From Phoronis australis (Eukaryota; Animalia; Phoronida), in contig NMRA01000360.1 of NCBI GenBank assembly GCA_002633005.1, forward strand, positions 61,854 through 125,853: DNA of 64,000 nt, in the 5' to 3' direction. This document shows positions 12,301 through 24,100 of the stretch, in pieces. Every line of letters starts with the position of its first letter. Position 1 is the first letter of the stretch. Position numbers and translations under genes: made by a program. A model generated the notes under the pieces. That model worked only from the letters and a program-made list of their open reading frames with translations. It was not told the DNA's origin and searched no databases.

Positions 12301-15300
12301 TTAGAGATTATTGTGTAGGTGTCTGGGGCGGCTCTAGTCTACAGGATTATGATGTCATTCAGAATAGAGCCGCGCGATTTTTCTTGGGCGTTCACATATT
12401 CGCTCCTAATCATGCTGTTATGGGTGACATGGGGTGGGAATTGACCAGTGTTAGGCGGAAAATTGTGCTTTTGAGAATGTGGAATCGTTTTATTAATTTC
12501 GAGGATGATAGACTAACATACCCCGAATATTAAAGAGGCATGAAACGGGAAAACTCGTCAAAAATATCTTTTAAACAATTCCTGACGAAAGTACCATCTC
12601 GCAACGTCTAGTACAGAGGATTTCACTTTCCCATGCCAGGACATTTCCAGAAAAAATCACGATTTTTGAAATACGTGAGAAGGAAATACTCTGTGGTTAC
12701 CACAGACTTTCTAATCTCACTCCCACTCATAATAAATGCGTGCATGCGCTCACAGTCAGTTGTTTGAAGTCGCTTGAAGTCAATGGTCACGTTTTCCATA
12801 TAAGGCAAATGTGCTACGTCTATGTCTTGCCATACCAAATAAGTAGAAGTGATTTGCCTTGTAGGAGAAAAATCAATGAAGTGGCTATCAGATGACAGAA
12901 CGTTTCTTTCAAATTTGAAATTAAAAGAAAATGCTTTGATATCAACAGAAATTAAAATCTTTACGAACAAACTCTAAAAATACCTGGTGGGCAGGTTGAA
13001 TTCTGTTTCAGTGGCAGAGAACCATTTCCAATATTGCAATATAGTCAGTTTATCGCGTTCCAGGCCTATTTAATACACAACATGGATGAAATGAACGAGA
13101 GATGCGCCAGAGACGAGTGTCAAGACTTCAGTGGCTAACAGAGCGTCAACGTTTAACGGGGACACCTGAACAGTTCAGTTTGCGCATACAGAAAGGCGGC
13201 ACCTAATCTGTCTGTCCTACAAAGACTTTCTCGTGTCCATGCTAAGCGCGCTATTTTTAGCAGTTTTACGCGGTGTCATTTTAGCCACTGTCATGTCGTT
13301 TATCATTCCTGTGGTGTAATGCTTGCATCCAATCTTGAGAGCGATTGCAGTACAGAGTTCTTAAGTGTGTGTGAGGAATCAGAGCCTTACAACGTCTCCT
13401 CTTCAAGGTCAGAGACTCCCCGCACGATTTGCGATATCAGTGTTGGCATTGTCTGTGAGCACCATGTACGCACCATCAGGTTCGAGCTGAACTCCCTTTC
13501 TGAGAGCTTTTGGTGTAAGGCTCTGATACTCCCTACTTACCGAGGGTGGTGAGGGAAGGAGAGGGAACTAGTGCATACAGACACAGTTTGTCGGTTTGGA
13601 CCGACAGTGATTGCGCCTGAAGTTAATGCCGGCAGTTGTCATTGTGTGGGTTGCGTCCTCGCCTGGCCCCTCTGCATCTCTCGTAAAATTTATTAACTTG
13701 TTTGTAATGTTTTGTAACTTTTGTTAGAATATTCAATTATAAATTTGTTCAAATTTCTCAATTGTCGGTGATAATAGTCATTCGCTAGTGTTTCCCCAAT
13801 TTTATTTTATCTATTTCTATATGTACACGATAACGTGGTACCGAAATTGACGTATAGCGTACCGAGTGTGTGTGTCGATGATTCGTTACAGTCGTTGTCT
13901 CAGATGGTCGACGGGTGAGTCACGGGATGAGTGGGCGGAGCGACAGTCTGGTGACTGGTTAATCATGGCTAGTAGTTCTCTGGTATATTATAACCTGCCT
14001 CTGGTAGCGTGTGCACTTTCGGCACTTCTGATAGGCAAATTTAGTGCTGACAAAGGACTCTCGCGACTTAATACTGTATTTTTTATTGTACAGTCTATTC
14101 TTGTCCGTAAAGTACTCAAACGGTAGTATTTTCCTTTAAATACACCAATGATCTCTTTACAAACAGAGGTCGGAGAAAACCTTTTGAAAAGTCACTGAAG
14201 CCATAACTCGACATAAGAGATTTCCTTTGTAACAAACATTCGCACTCAAATAAAGTCTAAATATGATTACATTACATTGGAACAGGAGAGCCAAAAAGGA
14301 GCGCTTTTACTCTTACGAAAATGGGGACTGTCCTTTGCGGATATTAATTAAGGAATGTGTAGCTTTAATTTTGAGGCTATAAGCTCGTCACCGATACGGT
14401 GTGCTCTTTTACAAGTTACCAGCTGCCAATTCCACTTCTGACGCGAGAACCAATGAAATTTAATGACAGCATTGCACGATTATCCACAATGCTTACAATT
14501 TCGCCCCCTTGATTCTCGCGACTGACTAGCGTTCTTGAATCTTCCTTCGTTACTAAGACAGCAATAATTAAACAGAAATTCCTTACTTGTATATCACTCT
14601 AGATCTTGAGCACCGACTCCAACCCAGGAACCCACACTTGGTGTAATATTTCTGATGGTGTTGCGTAGTGGTGTATTTTTGCACTTGGTAGCTGTTGACG
14701 ATGGTTTTCACTGGATTAATGCTGCAACACCAGTGTGAGCTAAAAAGCAAGCACAAACATCAATTACCACAGTCATATCGAAATTCCTTGACAAAATACG
14801 ACTATATCACGATGTTATATCATTGTAACCGAGTTCAGTGGACAATATTACTATTGCGCTGCCACATTTACCACGGACACAGTGGTTTGTTTAATTGAAA
14901 CCTGGCCTGAACACCTCGTTGCATTCTACAATCTTGAATGCTTATTTAACACGCACTTCTTTACACTTTGCGATAAAACATCGCGGTAAAGAATATAACC
15001 TGAGTGACTCACTTGTCTCCAACGGCTCGTTTTCCTTGACTCTTTTCGTAGTCACGAATCACTTTCTGTAAGTGCTTGGGTAGGTCTTCAAACTTAAGGA
15101 CTCTCAGGGCCTTGATCTCCTCCGCAGTCGGAAAGTCAATTTCTTTCGGAACACTAAAGTGACAGATTGATTAATAATTTAAGAGAAATTTAATAATGAA
15201 AATAAGGCAGACTGGTCTGGGATAGAAGTAAACTGCTAAAGGTATCCAACAGTCGAAATAAAAAAGTCGAATAGGATTACCGAAACCGGAGTTGACGCTT

Positions 15301-15915
15301 AAATAATTTATCGCTGTACTCCAACACCCTTTCTCACTGCGGGAAGTAGCACTTTGAATTGATCGTGTAACATGGCTTCTCGTTAATTAATGTGACGAAG
15401 TAATATTAGGACGTTCTGTTTGGTTGGAAAATACCATTCTAACATTCTGATTGGTTGATGTTGAGAAAGCGACAATTTTACAATACCGTAGGCAGACCAA
15501 GTAGTTTACTATTGTACTACTGAACACCTCTTGGGCAGACCCAGTAAAGATTTCAGCGACCAATTATTGTGACAACAACCCCTGGTGTCAGAAATCCGAG
15601 AATTTTCACAAAATGTCACCAAGTTTTCTATTAAGTAAGTGTATCCCCTAACGTTTGTTAAAACATTAAAACATTCCGGGATTCCCCTTTAAGTTTTGAG
15701 TTAACTTACGTAGCCCGAGCGGATCTTTTGCCTGTTGCCTGGCCTTTCTCATACGCCGTGATCACATCCTGAAGATGTTTGGGCAGATCTTCGAATTTCA
15801 AAGCTCGCAAAGCATTAATTTCGTTGGCAGTGAGAAAGTCTATTTCTTTTGGGACGTTTACACATTGAACATGCAGAACGATTTGAACAAACGTAAGCGC
15901 CAGCAAGCCATACAT
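3346..15915 (-). CDS. Secreted Cys-rich EMI-like-domain protein, paralog A (227 aa, 5 exons): complement(join(3346..3416,6002..6114,14587..14739,15013..15153,15710..15915))
   Basis: ATG at 15915 (context gtcaccATG) and a signal peptide MYGLLALTFVQIVLHVQC. All four introns are GT-AG with matching phases (2,2,2,1). Joined CDS is 684 nt with no internal stop. Protein: two ~45-aa units ending in GKR, then HWCCSINP...YYTKCGFLGWSRCSRSRVIY...TCPSSKVTCCKGFLQISNHCL, then PLEKVPDIADDLLKLKQMGLLKG*. AATAAA on the minus strand at 3195-3200. The last three exons (153/113/71 nt) match the paralog at 49164-53555 exactly in length. Confidence 0.9.
6710..7151 (+). mobile_element. Non-autonomous Kolobok-type DNA transposon, short deletion derivative (copy 1)
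   Basis: TIRs AGGAGAATGCCAACC / GGGTGGCATACTCCT, flanked by GTAA and TTAA. Retains a THAP-like ORF start at 6865 (MVWSILPACENY...FFQFPREPKKLRKWL). TTAA targets and AGG termini are Kolobok/T2-MITE hallmarks. Confidence 0.8.
7371..8100 (+). mobile_element. Unclassified non-autonomous repeat containing a tRNA-like segment (copy A)
   Basis: Homologous, in inverted orientation, to 10140-10963. Minus-strand Pol III-like boxes TGGTTCAGTGG and GGTTCGAAACC at about 7470-7535. Confidence 0.7.
8100..9346 (+). mobile_element. Kolobok-type element, left-truncated (copy 2)
   Basis: Right TIR GGGTGGCATTCTCCT plus TTAA (9347-9350). Internal sequence is homologous to copies 3 and 4. KolX-like ORF start on the minus strand near 8377 (MATCNSDLDEHSYDEDFTGG...EYSDQEI). 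Confidence 0.75.
10140..10963 (-). mobile_element. Unclassified non-autonomous repeat (copy B, inverted relative to copy A)
   Basis: Ends in the reverse complement of TTATACCACAATATCAGCCTCGAATGGCCA (7371). Internal hairpin at about 10150-10236 (gtcgttat...tctagagccctagtggattt / aaatccacgagggctctaga...ataacgac). Confidence 0.7.
11280..12520 (+). mobile_element. LINE (non-LTR) reverse-transcriptase fragment, frameshifted
   Basis: PSLWAKSVIMPIPKG, DPRVPLSYRGISL, QNDFRRDRACVDHVF, FIDMQKAFDWVDR, GVKQGDVLSPTLF, LFYADD, YKYLGIIL. Lies in intron 3 of paralog A. Confidence 0.92.
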
Positions 15916-16068
15916 GGTGACTCTCGTTTGTTTTGAAGACTGCACGGAAAGAAGCAAGGTGTCCGATTTGATAAGCTATCTGTGCATTATATTACTGATA
16001 CCTGGCCAGAGTTATCTCCGCGTGCTACCACCTGTGGAATTTTCAGAAGAAAAGAGCGTGACATCATA

Positions 16069-17310
16069 CAACTAGAAAGATTATTGTCACGGCGTGACAA
16101 TAACGGACTCTGCGCGTGCGTATTACTGGAATTATTATGGTAAGTTACTGACAGCAACCCGTTTACCAATATAAAAAGGAATTCTTTAAAATTGTAGGAG
16201 AAATTACATATTAATTTTTTGATGACCTTTCCACTAATTGACCTCTTCCGGTGCATTATGAGCCCCGATGAGGGAGTAATTGTTAACTCGATTAAAAGTG
16301 TGGTTAATACTAATAATCACAGATGTTTTACTTTAAGCACTTCAGAATACAAGATGAATGAAGTGGTCAAACTTTCAGAAGAAAAATACACCTAATGACC
16401 CCATGGGTGCACCAAATGACCTAAAAATTTAGAATTCAAACTCAATCGCACTTAGTAAACAGATACGTAATTATGAAGTCTCTAGCTCAAAATTTTAGTT
16501 TGCACTCAATGACCTTTGACCTATTTTTTCTGATTGGTTAGGCCTATTGCGAAGTAAAGTAGGGTATTCACTTGGCATGTTGACTTGCACCAGTGTGCTG
16601 AAATTGAAAAGAATTCCTAAAAAAACGTAAGATATAACATTTTGAACGTTGCATGACCTTTGCACTAATTGACCTTATCCGGTGTATTTTAAGCATCTTT
16701 AGAAGAATTATTGGAAAGCCAATGGAAAATGTGTTTAACGCTGAGAATCACAGTTGTCTAACGGTTGAAACAGAATACTTGCTGATTGAAAAGGTCAAAT
16801 TTTCAGAAGAAAAATGCACCTAATGACCCCATGTTTGCACTAAATGACCTGAAACTTTGGATTTCGATTTGATTTGCCTGTGGCAATCAGACCTGTCAAT
16901 TTGAAGTGTCTAGCTCAAAATTTTAGTTTGCACCAAATGACCTTTAACCTATTTCACCTGATTGGATGACCCGATTTCTTAGAAAAGTAATTTTTAAAAT
17001 TGTCATATTGATTTATACCTGTGCACCGAATTTAAAAAAGATAGCTTTAAAACTTGAAGGAGGAGTAGCATTTTGAAAATTATATGACCTTTGCACCAAA
17101 CGACCTCTTCCGGTGCAATATGGAATATGATTATATATTCAATCAAAATTTATATACTGTCAAAAGTCATATGCTGAATTTAAAGACCGTACCTGCACCC
17201 AATTTGGAGTTATTAAGCCTCAAAGTTGGTCGGAAGAAGAATAAGAATAAGAATAAAATTGAAGAAAACCCAGGAACAACAGTACTCTGCGCTTACACGT
17301 GCAGAGTAAT
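16069..17310 (+). mobile_element. Helentron-associated (HINE/DINE-1-like) non-autonomous element with internal ~430-bp tandem repeats
   Basis: 5' AACTAGA followed by a hairpin (ttattgtcac-ggc-gtgacaataa). TGACCT-rich internal repeats starting at about 16224, 16653 and 17085. (AAGAAT)n tract and 3' stem-loop tactctgcgc-ttacac-gtgcagagta followed by TT. Confidence 0.6.
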
Positions 17311-17700
17311 TATTGAATTTCATCGAAGCCAATATGATGGTTTTCAGACCCTAAAATGCGACATTGACCAACGTGGAGCAGACGCATTGACCGAGTGTGA
17401 AAGGATGACATTGTTTTTATTATATGATTACATCTACCAAGTAATTCTTAGGAGGCGGCTATGCCTGGGCTTTTGATCGTATGGCGATCACTTGATCGGC
17501 CAGTTAGCTGCCAGTGTTTACCCATAACTTTAAGGAGAGATATTTGAAGAAAAACTTCCAGAAGATGCTTTTATGGATAAAGCACCAACCGATTATATTT
17601 TGGAAAGATTACGTGAATTGGGATCATACAACGATCGTATATATTATAAAAACCACATTTTTCATTGTACTACACTCAAATTTACACGCATGATTTACTA

Positions 17701-17830
17701 CCTCGCTGGTTCCCTGCGTGCCGCTAAGTGGTCGGTAGCCAGCACGCAGGTATCATTTACTTTTCCTCGGGAAATTTTTTCATACCGACGTTTCTGATTG
17801 GCGAGTCGAATTCTCAACAGGCAGCGCTCT
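17701..17830 (+). repeat. Dispersed ~130-bp hairpin-bearing repeat, with an inverted second copy at about 58938-59063
   Basis: cgctggttccctgcgtgccgctaagtggtc...gcacgcaggtatca...gaattctcaacaggcagcgct matches the reverse complement of 58938-59063. Confidence 0.8.
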
Positions 17831-20800
17831 ACGCAAGCAAACTAGTGCATTACTACAATATTGTAATTTTGTCATAATTGTTCATTTGTTTGGGTTTGTT
17901 TTGCTCTACTGGTCTGCCTGTCATCGCTCAAAAATCACTCATACCCTGTGTTGACGCCAGGAATGACATGGTTTTCAAATTGGTCCTGTTATCTCTCAGT
18001 TTACTAATTTGTCTCTTAATTGAATAACTATTCACTTTGGATTTACTTTATGTTAGCACAGCAAAAGGTTTCAGATATGTTTCTGTCAACTTGCTTTGTT
18101 TTCTGTCGATTAACTTCTATGGCCCATCCAGCCTGAGTATCCATGTGATGTCAGTACTGCTCTTTTCTGTAGTAAACATGTTTATGTCGTAGACCAAGGG
18201 GGTCACCCGTCCAAACTTGGTCGGGTGACTTACTTGGTCTACGATTTTGACAAATTGTCCATTCGGAGAAGCATTGCTTGCAAGCGATAGGATGACCATT
18301 AACATATGTTGCAGAAACAGTGGTAGTTGCTTTCTGTATGTCATGGCACAAGTGGTTGCGATTCAATAAAGTGTCGCAGGATGAAAGCGAGGTCAATACA
18401 AAATGTTATCATGTTTTATTCATTAAGCCAAAATGATTCAACCTTTTAACATAATAAGTAACTTAAAATGCACAATACTTTACATAATTTAGCATTACAA
18501 ACACTGTCCAACAGCACAAGTTTCCATGATATGAAAGTGGACATACGTGTATTTATTACCAGTGATTCCTTACACCAGAATTTGACAAGCATGATTTAAA
18601 AATATGAAGTTGCAAGGAATAAGAATTGGAGGCTTGAAGCTTCACAATCCAACATACCTTATTTCTCTAATTAAGATTCTTCATATTGTTGACTTGATAA
18701 CCTGAATTAAGAAGCAATAAATTACAAAACATCACTTGAAAGCAATTGAGACTTAAAATTTAGAAAAATATGAATCATTTTGTGATACCTAATCAAGCCT
18801 TGAACAGCAGTTGACAGTTAAACAAAAAGCCATTTCAAAATTATTTCAGCTATTTTTTTTAGCTTAGTGCAAGATCACATGAATGGGACATTCACAGTAA
18901 AATAATTCGCATATATCTTATATTTGTGCACCAAAAACACGAAAATTGAACAAAGTTCCTTTTTGTAGCAACGTTTGTCAAAATGTATCAACGTTTAATC
19001 TTCACAAATTACAAAGTAACAGGTTGAACATTCCTTCCAGTTCAGCAAAAGTCGCCATGTTGTCGGTGCCGCCAGAAATGAGAAGAAGTTCAACGGGAAT
19101 TGTGAGCACATTCATCACTTAATAAGTAACATCTGCGAGGCTGAAATTTGGTGAAAACTGTTGAATCGAGCAGAATAGTAAGTAAAGGTATGTCTCACTA
19201 AATTTTACAGTAAATTGTTGGCGAAAACAATTTACACAAAGTTTTAAACTCGTAACTTATGCCGCTGTCCTCCAATATGACCGACGCGATCCAAATAAAG
19301 TGACCAAAATTTCGCCACAAAAATGGCAATAACGTTACACTGCTTGCCCCGATTTTGATACTTTTTCGATTTTTACTTAGTAGAATGCACTACTTTTCCG
19401 ATGATAGCAAAGCACTTTTTCAAAACAAGAAAAAAAATCAAAACGAAAAAAATTAGTTCGACTCATATTGGTTCCGTAGGGAACTAAACACCAATGCTAT
19501 TAAGTACGCGTAACAATCCAAAAAATTCAACCACTAACTACATACTATAAATACACTACATATGTATACGAATCACGAGATATTACTGACAAAACAAAAT
19601 AATGAAGACTTTTCGAGCAAGCGATAGCACATTCAGTTACAAGGAAAAAATGGCGGCGTTCAGGACAAGTTCCTGAACTGATGAGCCGGAAATGTGGGTA
19701 CGGAAATAACCGATGACAGCCGGTAATTAGACGCTCACAGAGAAGGGTCAAATACTGTTAAAAAATCGCTTTTGGCAAGAAAGGCGAAAAGAATATAAAG
19801 AAAGGGTGTCGAAAATAAGATTTTATTTAGTAAGTATCTTTGGATACTGGAACCACATGGGCAGTTTGAGACCAGGACTTTAAAAATACACCGCAAACTA
19901 GCGGAGTCTTGCTTGATCTGTCTTTTCTCTCAAAAAACTTGCCCTACTGAACATACGCCTACCTGTAGGAATACCTTAGTTCTAAGAGATGACCAGCAGC
20001 GACCGAGGTACGTAAAAACCCAATCATGCTCAGGATCACGACGCCACTGTATCGTGTGCGCAGGCCGTCGAAGTCCGTTACTTCAATCCCCAGACCTATA
20101 TTTTATCTGATATGCTTGAAGTCCGACGTCAGTGTATCTCCGTTCGAGTGAAATCGGTCCTCTGTGCAGTAAGCAACAACTCCTGACTTTTCCGAAATTT
20201 CGATTTTAACCGCCCCTGCTCGGCTTACCGCCCACCCCGTTTTTTTAGATTCCCAGTTTAAGCGCGGACGAGTACGGTAGTTAGTTTGCGTATGGTCAAG
20301 CAGTTCTGATCTTGCAACTGGTAACCAAACCAAAGGGTGTGAAATCACCAAGCAACGGTATGAAACCAATAAACGAAAACAGGAATTAATTCCGAAATGA
20401 AAGAAAGATTTTGACTGGTTGCCGTACGGTTTGATAGTAAAATGTGTTGTGTCCCGTGTGAAAAATACGCCGACGAAATCAGTTCATCTGTTGCGTCTGT
20501 GTCAGATGTGTTCAGGATTGAATCATTGAAAAGTCATGAACAGTCGTCGGCTCACTCAGTAGCTTATAAAAATTCATTATATAATTGAATTGAAAAGCCA
20601 GGGTAAACTTGTAGCGTGTTCACTGGTGAAATCCAAATACAAATACCCACTTTAAAATTAATAAACTTGTGTAAAATTTAAATGTGTAATATATGCTCTA
20701 ACATGTTTATTGAGCTTGTACTAACAGGTATAATGTGCGACATTCACATATGTGTGAAAAGTATAACTTGAGTTTGATTATCTTTGGACAAGTGTCTTTT

Positions 20801-20879
20801 AGGTCAGGACAAGTAAATTTCATTTCTACTTGTCCTACTGGACAAGTTAAAATAAAAGTTAATGCCGAGCCCTGGTTTT

Positions 20880-21870
20880 TGTTTTAAGCATTGTGCAATG
20901 GCTGACTTTGGTATGCGAAGCCTGTGGCTGTTATGTAAACTACAGTACGGTTACACGATCTCTGTCTATAGCGGCGACCCGGTAACGGAAGGGTTCACTG
21001 GGTTAGTGTCGTTGGATAGTAACGGGCCATTAGTGGCCCAGAAACGTAAACCGGTATACCGTACAAGCGTTATCAAGCAACAGATATCCAGTACTGGGCC
21101 AGTACTGTCATGTTTACTGGGTTGTTGTTGGTGGGAGTGGTTATGTCGTTATCGTCGATGGCATAGTAGTCACCCCGCCGCTCGGTGTCCAGCTATTGGA
21201 TTCGTGTACCTTGTGAGTATGTCTTTATCGTCTCTGTCACTGTTGTCATGGGTGCTGGGATAGGCGCCTAAGTTGAGCGGTGGGGTCGACGCGTCGTTCG
21301 ACGCTAAAGGGGTACATTATCGGTTTTACGGCTGAAAAATATCTTTGGGACTTATTTGACTGGTTAGATTTAAAGATGAGGGCTTTGATCAGAGCAACAA
21401 AATCAGTTGATTTTTCTGCTTTCATTACCAATCTCCAATTCTCGCCGTTGTCCACCAGGCATTTGTTGAAATCAAGGCCAGTGACGTTTAACATCAGTTA
21501 TGCTTAAAGTACCGTGCCTTTTTTCGACAGGGCTTTAGCTCTGCGACAGCGGGGTTCCAGGTTCGAATCCTCCCTCAGGCCGATTTCAGAACATTACTTT
21601 CTCACTGTCAGTCACTTAAACGCCAACATCATTGTCGTGGACGTTTTCATTACCCCGAAATGTTTAAGTTGTGGTGTATTTGTCGGTATCTTGGGGCTTG
21701 GTGTCGTTGCCTTCGTGGTGGATTTTCTTTCTTCAGTCGATTTCGTCAAGTTTCGCGTACGCTCATCACCGCTGAGTCTCCCGTTGAACTCAGACAACTT
21801 TTATTATGTCTATTCAGCACGCCCTTTGTACACCCAAGCTAATGAAACGGAAAGGTAATCGCTGGCATGA
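20880..21870 (-). mobile_element. Possible decayed LTR-retrotransposon gag remnant
   Basis: Fragments PQLKHFG..ENV, TDSEKVMF and PYCSLHNSH across shifted frames. Weak. Confidence 0.3.
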
Positions 21871-22924
21871 CGTTCGCAGCAGAGGTGGTTGTCATTACAC
21901 CGAAATTGGTTTTCTCTGGTCTTTGTACAGAGTTTCAGGCTGAAATGTCGAAAGACACAAATTTGATTTGATACATTTTAAATATTACGAAGTAACTAAA
22001 AACGGTAACTTGGGTTCACCTTGACAAAGGGGCACTTGCCAAACGAACCTTGAATTTAAATTTGTTTCCATTTGATATTGTTAATTATGATCAGGGCTCG
22101 AAAATCCTCAAACATATGAATACGCACGATCGTGTCTCCGTAACCAATGCTTGTGATTTTTAGCTCATTAGTTCAACGATTTTTAAAAATCGAAAACCAT
22201 GCTGTTTTGCTTTTTCTAGATGAATGCCGCCGCAATATTTATATTCGCTAACTGCGAAGCGATACCGAAGCTAGTTTACAGTGAAACAACGCGTGTAGGT
22301 GAGATAAAAGGTAATATATATTATGACAAACTAAACTACTACAGATATCGAGAAATACAAAAGTTATATAATATGTTGAACTGTAAAGGTGGGTGACAAT
22401 CTGCCACAGATGCAGCAAAAGGATGCATCCGCCCACCCAAGGGAGAGAGAGCGAGGCTGACAAAAGTAGCATGAGCAAAAGGGGGTAAAAGTAGTCATGA
22501 AAATAAGAAAAATACGAACTTTGAGTGGGAAAGCTAGGCAGCATGACAAAAAATCATAGAGCAACACAACAAGGTGGCGAAATCATAGTAACTGAAACCG
22601 GAGAGGAATATAAAGCTATCGTGAATAGATAAAAACTAAGGAATATACATCGGGAACCTACAAAACCAACAAAAACCATACTGTCTACGCAGGTACAAGG
22701 AAACGTATAGACAAACATACGTACAGATAAGTAACAGCAAACGGTGCCAACGTAAAACGATATAGCTTATGGAAAAAAATTGCTAAGTAGAGAATAACCC
22801 ATAATAGGGGATGAGGTAAACCAACAACAAGTATAAAAGGGACGGGAAAGAGTGCCCGGGAGGGAGAACCCCGAAAAGTGAGTGGAAAAGGCGCGACAAT
22901 GAAAATGGAGAGTGAGTGAATCAG

Positions 22925-23121
22925 GACAATACAGGCACCCTAGGGTGAAAAAGGGGGAGTGAAAAAGGCACTGGCAATACAAATGCCCATGAACGGGACA
23001 CTGGCAATACAGTTGCCCCGTGATGAAGGGGGGTTGGTGAGTAAGACGGGGCACTGGAAATACAGATGCCTCGGGAGAGGAAACGGTGTAATGAGAGGAA
23101 GCACTGATAATACAGCTGCCC
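22925..23121. repeat. 4-5 dispersed copies of a ~21-bp stem-loop motif GGCA-CTG-gcaata-CAG-n-TGCC downstream of the YR stop
   Basis: Copies at about 22967, 22996, 23049 and 23101, plus a degenerate one at about 22925, with irregular purine-rich spacing. Confidence 0.75.
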
Positions 23122-23141
23122 CTTGGTGGTAAATGATTATG

Positions 23142-24100
23142 TCAATGAAGGAGGGGAACGTTAGTAGCGGGGAAGTTTAAGGATGAGAGACGAATGTAGT
23201 TCTTCAGCGCGTCAGACTCCCAGCGACCCATACGCTGAATGGTGGAGTCTGGAATTCAGAGGGTAGCAGCGGAGGTGGCTGCACCAATACGGAAACTATG
23301 AGATTTATAGCATTGAGGTTCGAGACCTACACACTCGAGTACCAAGTTAGGGTGGCTAGTGAAGTAAGAGCGAGTTATGGGAGAACCATTGGGGAACTGG
23401 AAGAGAGGGCCGGATGAGTGTTTGGAGAGATTGAGATAGTGCTGAAGGGTTTCAACAGGGCAATGGGGACCTGTAGAACGAGAGATGACGAGAATGGTCG
23501 GAGTGTGGTCGTGGTGTTTGTAGTGGGATACATGGACGTGGAGGTGACTGAGACATCGGAGACCTGGAGGACCGAGGTGGAGGGTGAGGCAGAGGTGGCG
23601 ACAGTAAATTCGCTAACACGAAGGAAGGCGTGAAAGGCGGTGGAAAACATAGCAGCACAGAGAGATGCGTGGAAGTAAGAGTTGAGAGCAGAGGGTAAGG
23701 CGTTGAGAAGGCGGTGAAGAATAGATGTTGTTATCGGGAGCCGGGTGTCCACGGATTGCCGCAAATTGGACACACCCTTCAGAATTTTCGTGACCAGAAA
23801 GGAGTGAACAGGGTCAGGCAAGGAGTCCAGTTTATGCATGAAACCTATGGCGGAGACATAGGTAGAGATGGTGGATGCAGTTAAGCCAGAGGGGAAGAGA
23901 TGTGCTATGTAAGAAGCTAAGGTCGATGTGGAGACAGGAAACACAGGCAAGGGGAATGCTGATGATGAATGGTAATGGAGGAAATGAGAAAAGACTCGGC
24001 GGTAAGTTGAAATGGTGGATGGGGCAAGGGACGCCCGGAGGAGCGAAGTCAGAACGTAAGGAGGTGCTGTGGAACTGCGGTCGGTGTTGGAGAGAGCCAT
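23142..24100 (-). pseudogene. Tyrosine recombinase of the YR retrotransposon (disrupted)
   Basis: SLAPSTISTYRR, FHAFLRVSEF (catalytic R). After a frameshift: YKSHSFRIGAATSAATL*IPDSTIQRMGRWESDALKNYIR (HxxR, W, Y motifs) with an in-frame TGA. Confidence 0.9.

Noticed and set aside
12530-14138. A single TTAA-flanked element truncating the LINE
   Set aside because: TTAA|AG and CT|TTAA ends exist, but the putative TIRs do not match well enough to call.
18117-18396. Cys/His-containing minus-strand ORFs as a host exon
   Set aside because: No consistent splice sites or family motif; likely a decayed transposon ORF that I could not classify.
21535-21585. tRNA-like GGTTCGAATCC B box
   Set aside because: No convincing A box or cloverleaf; probably incidental within a decayed retroelement.
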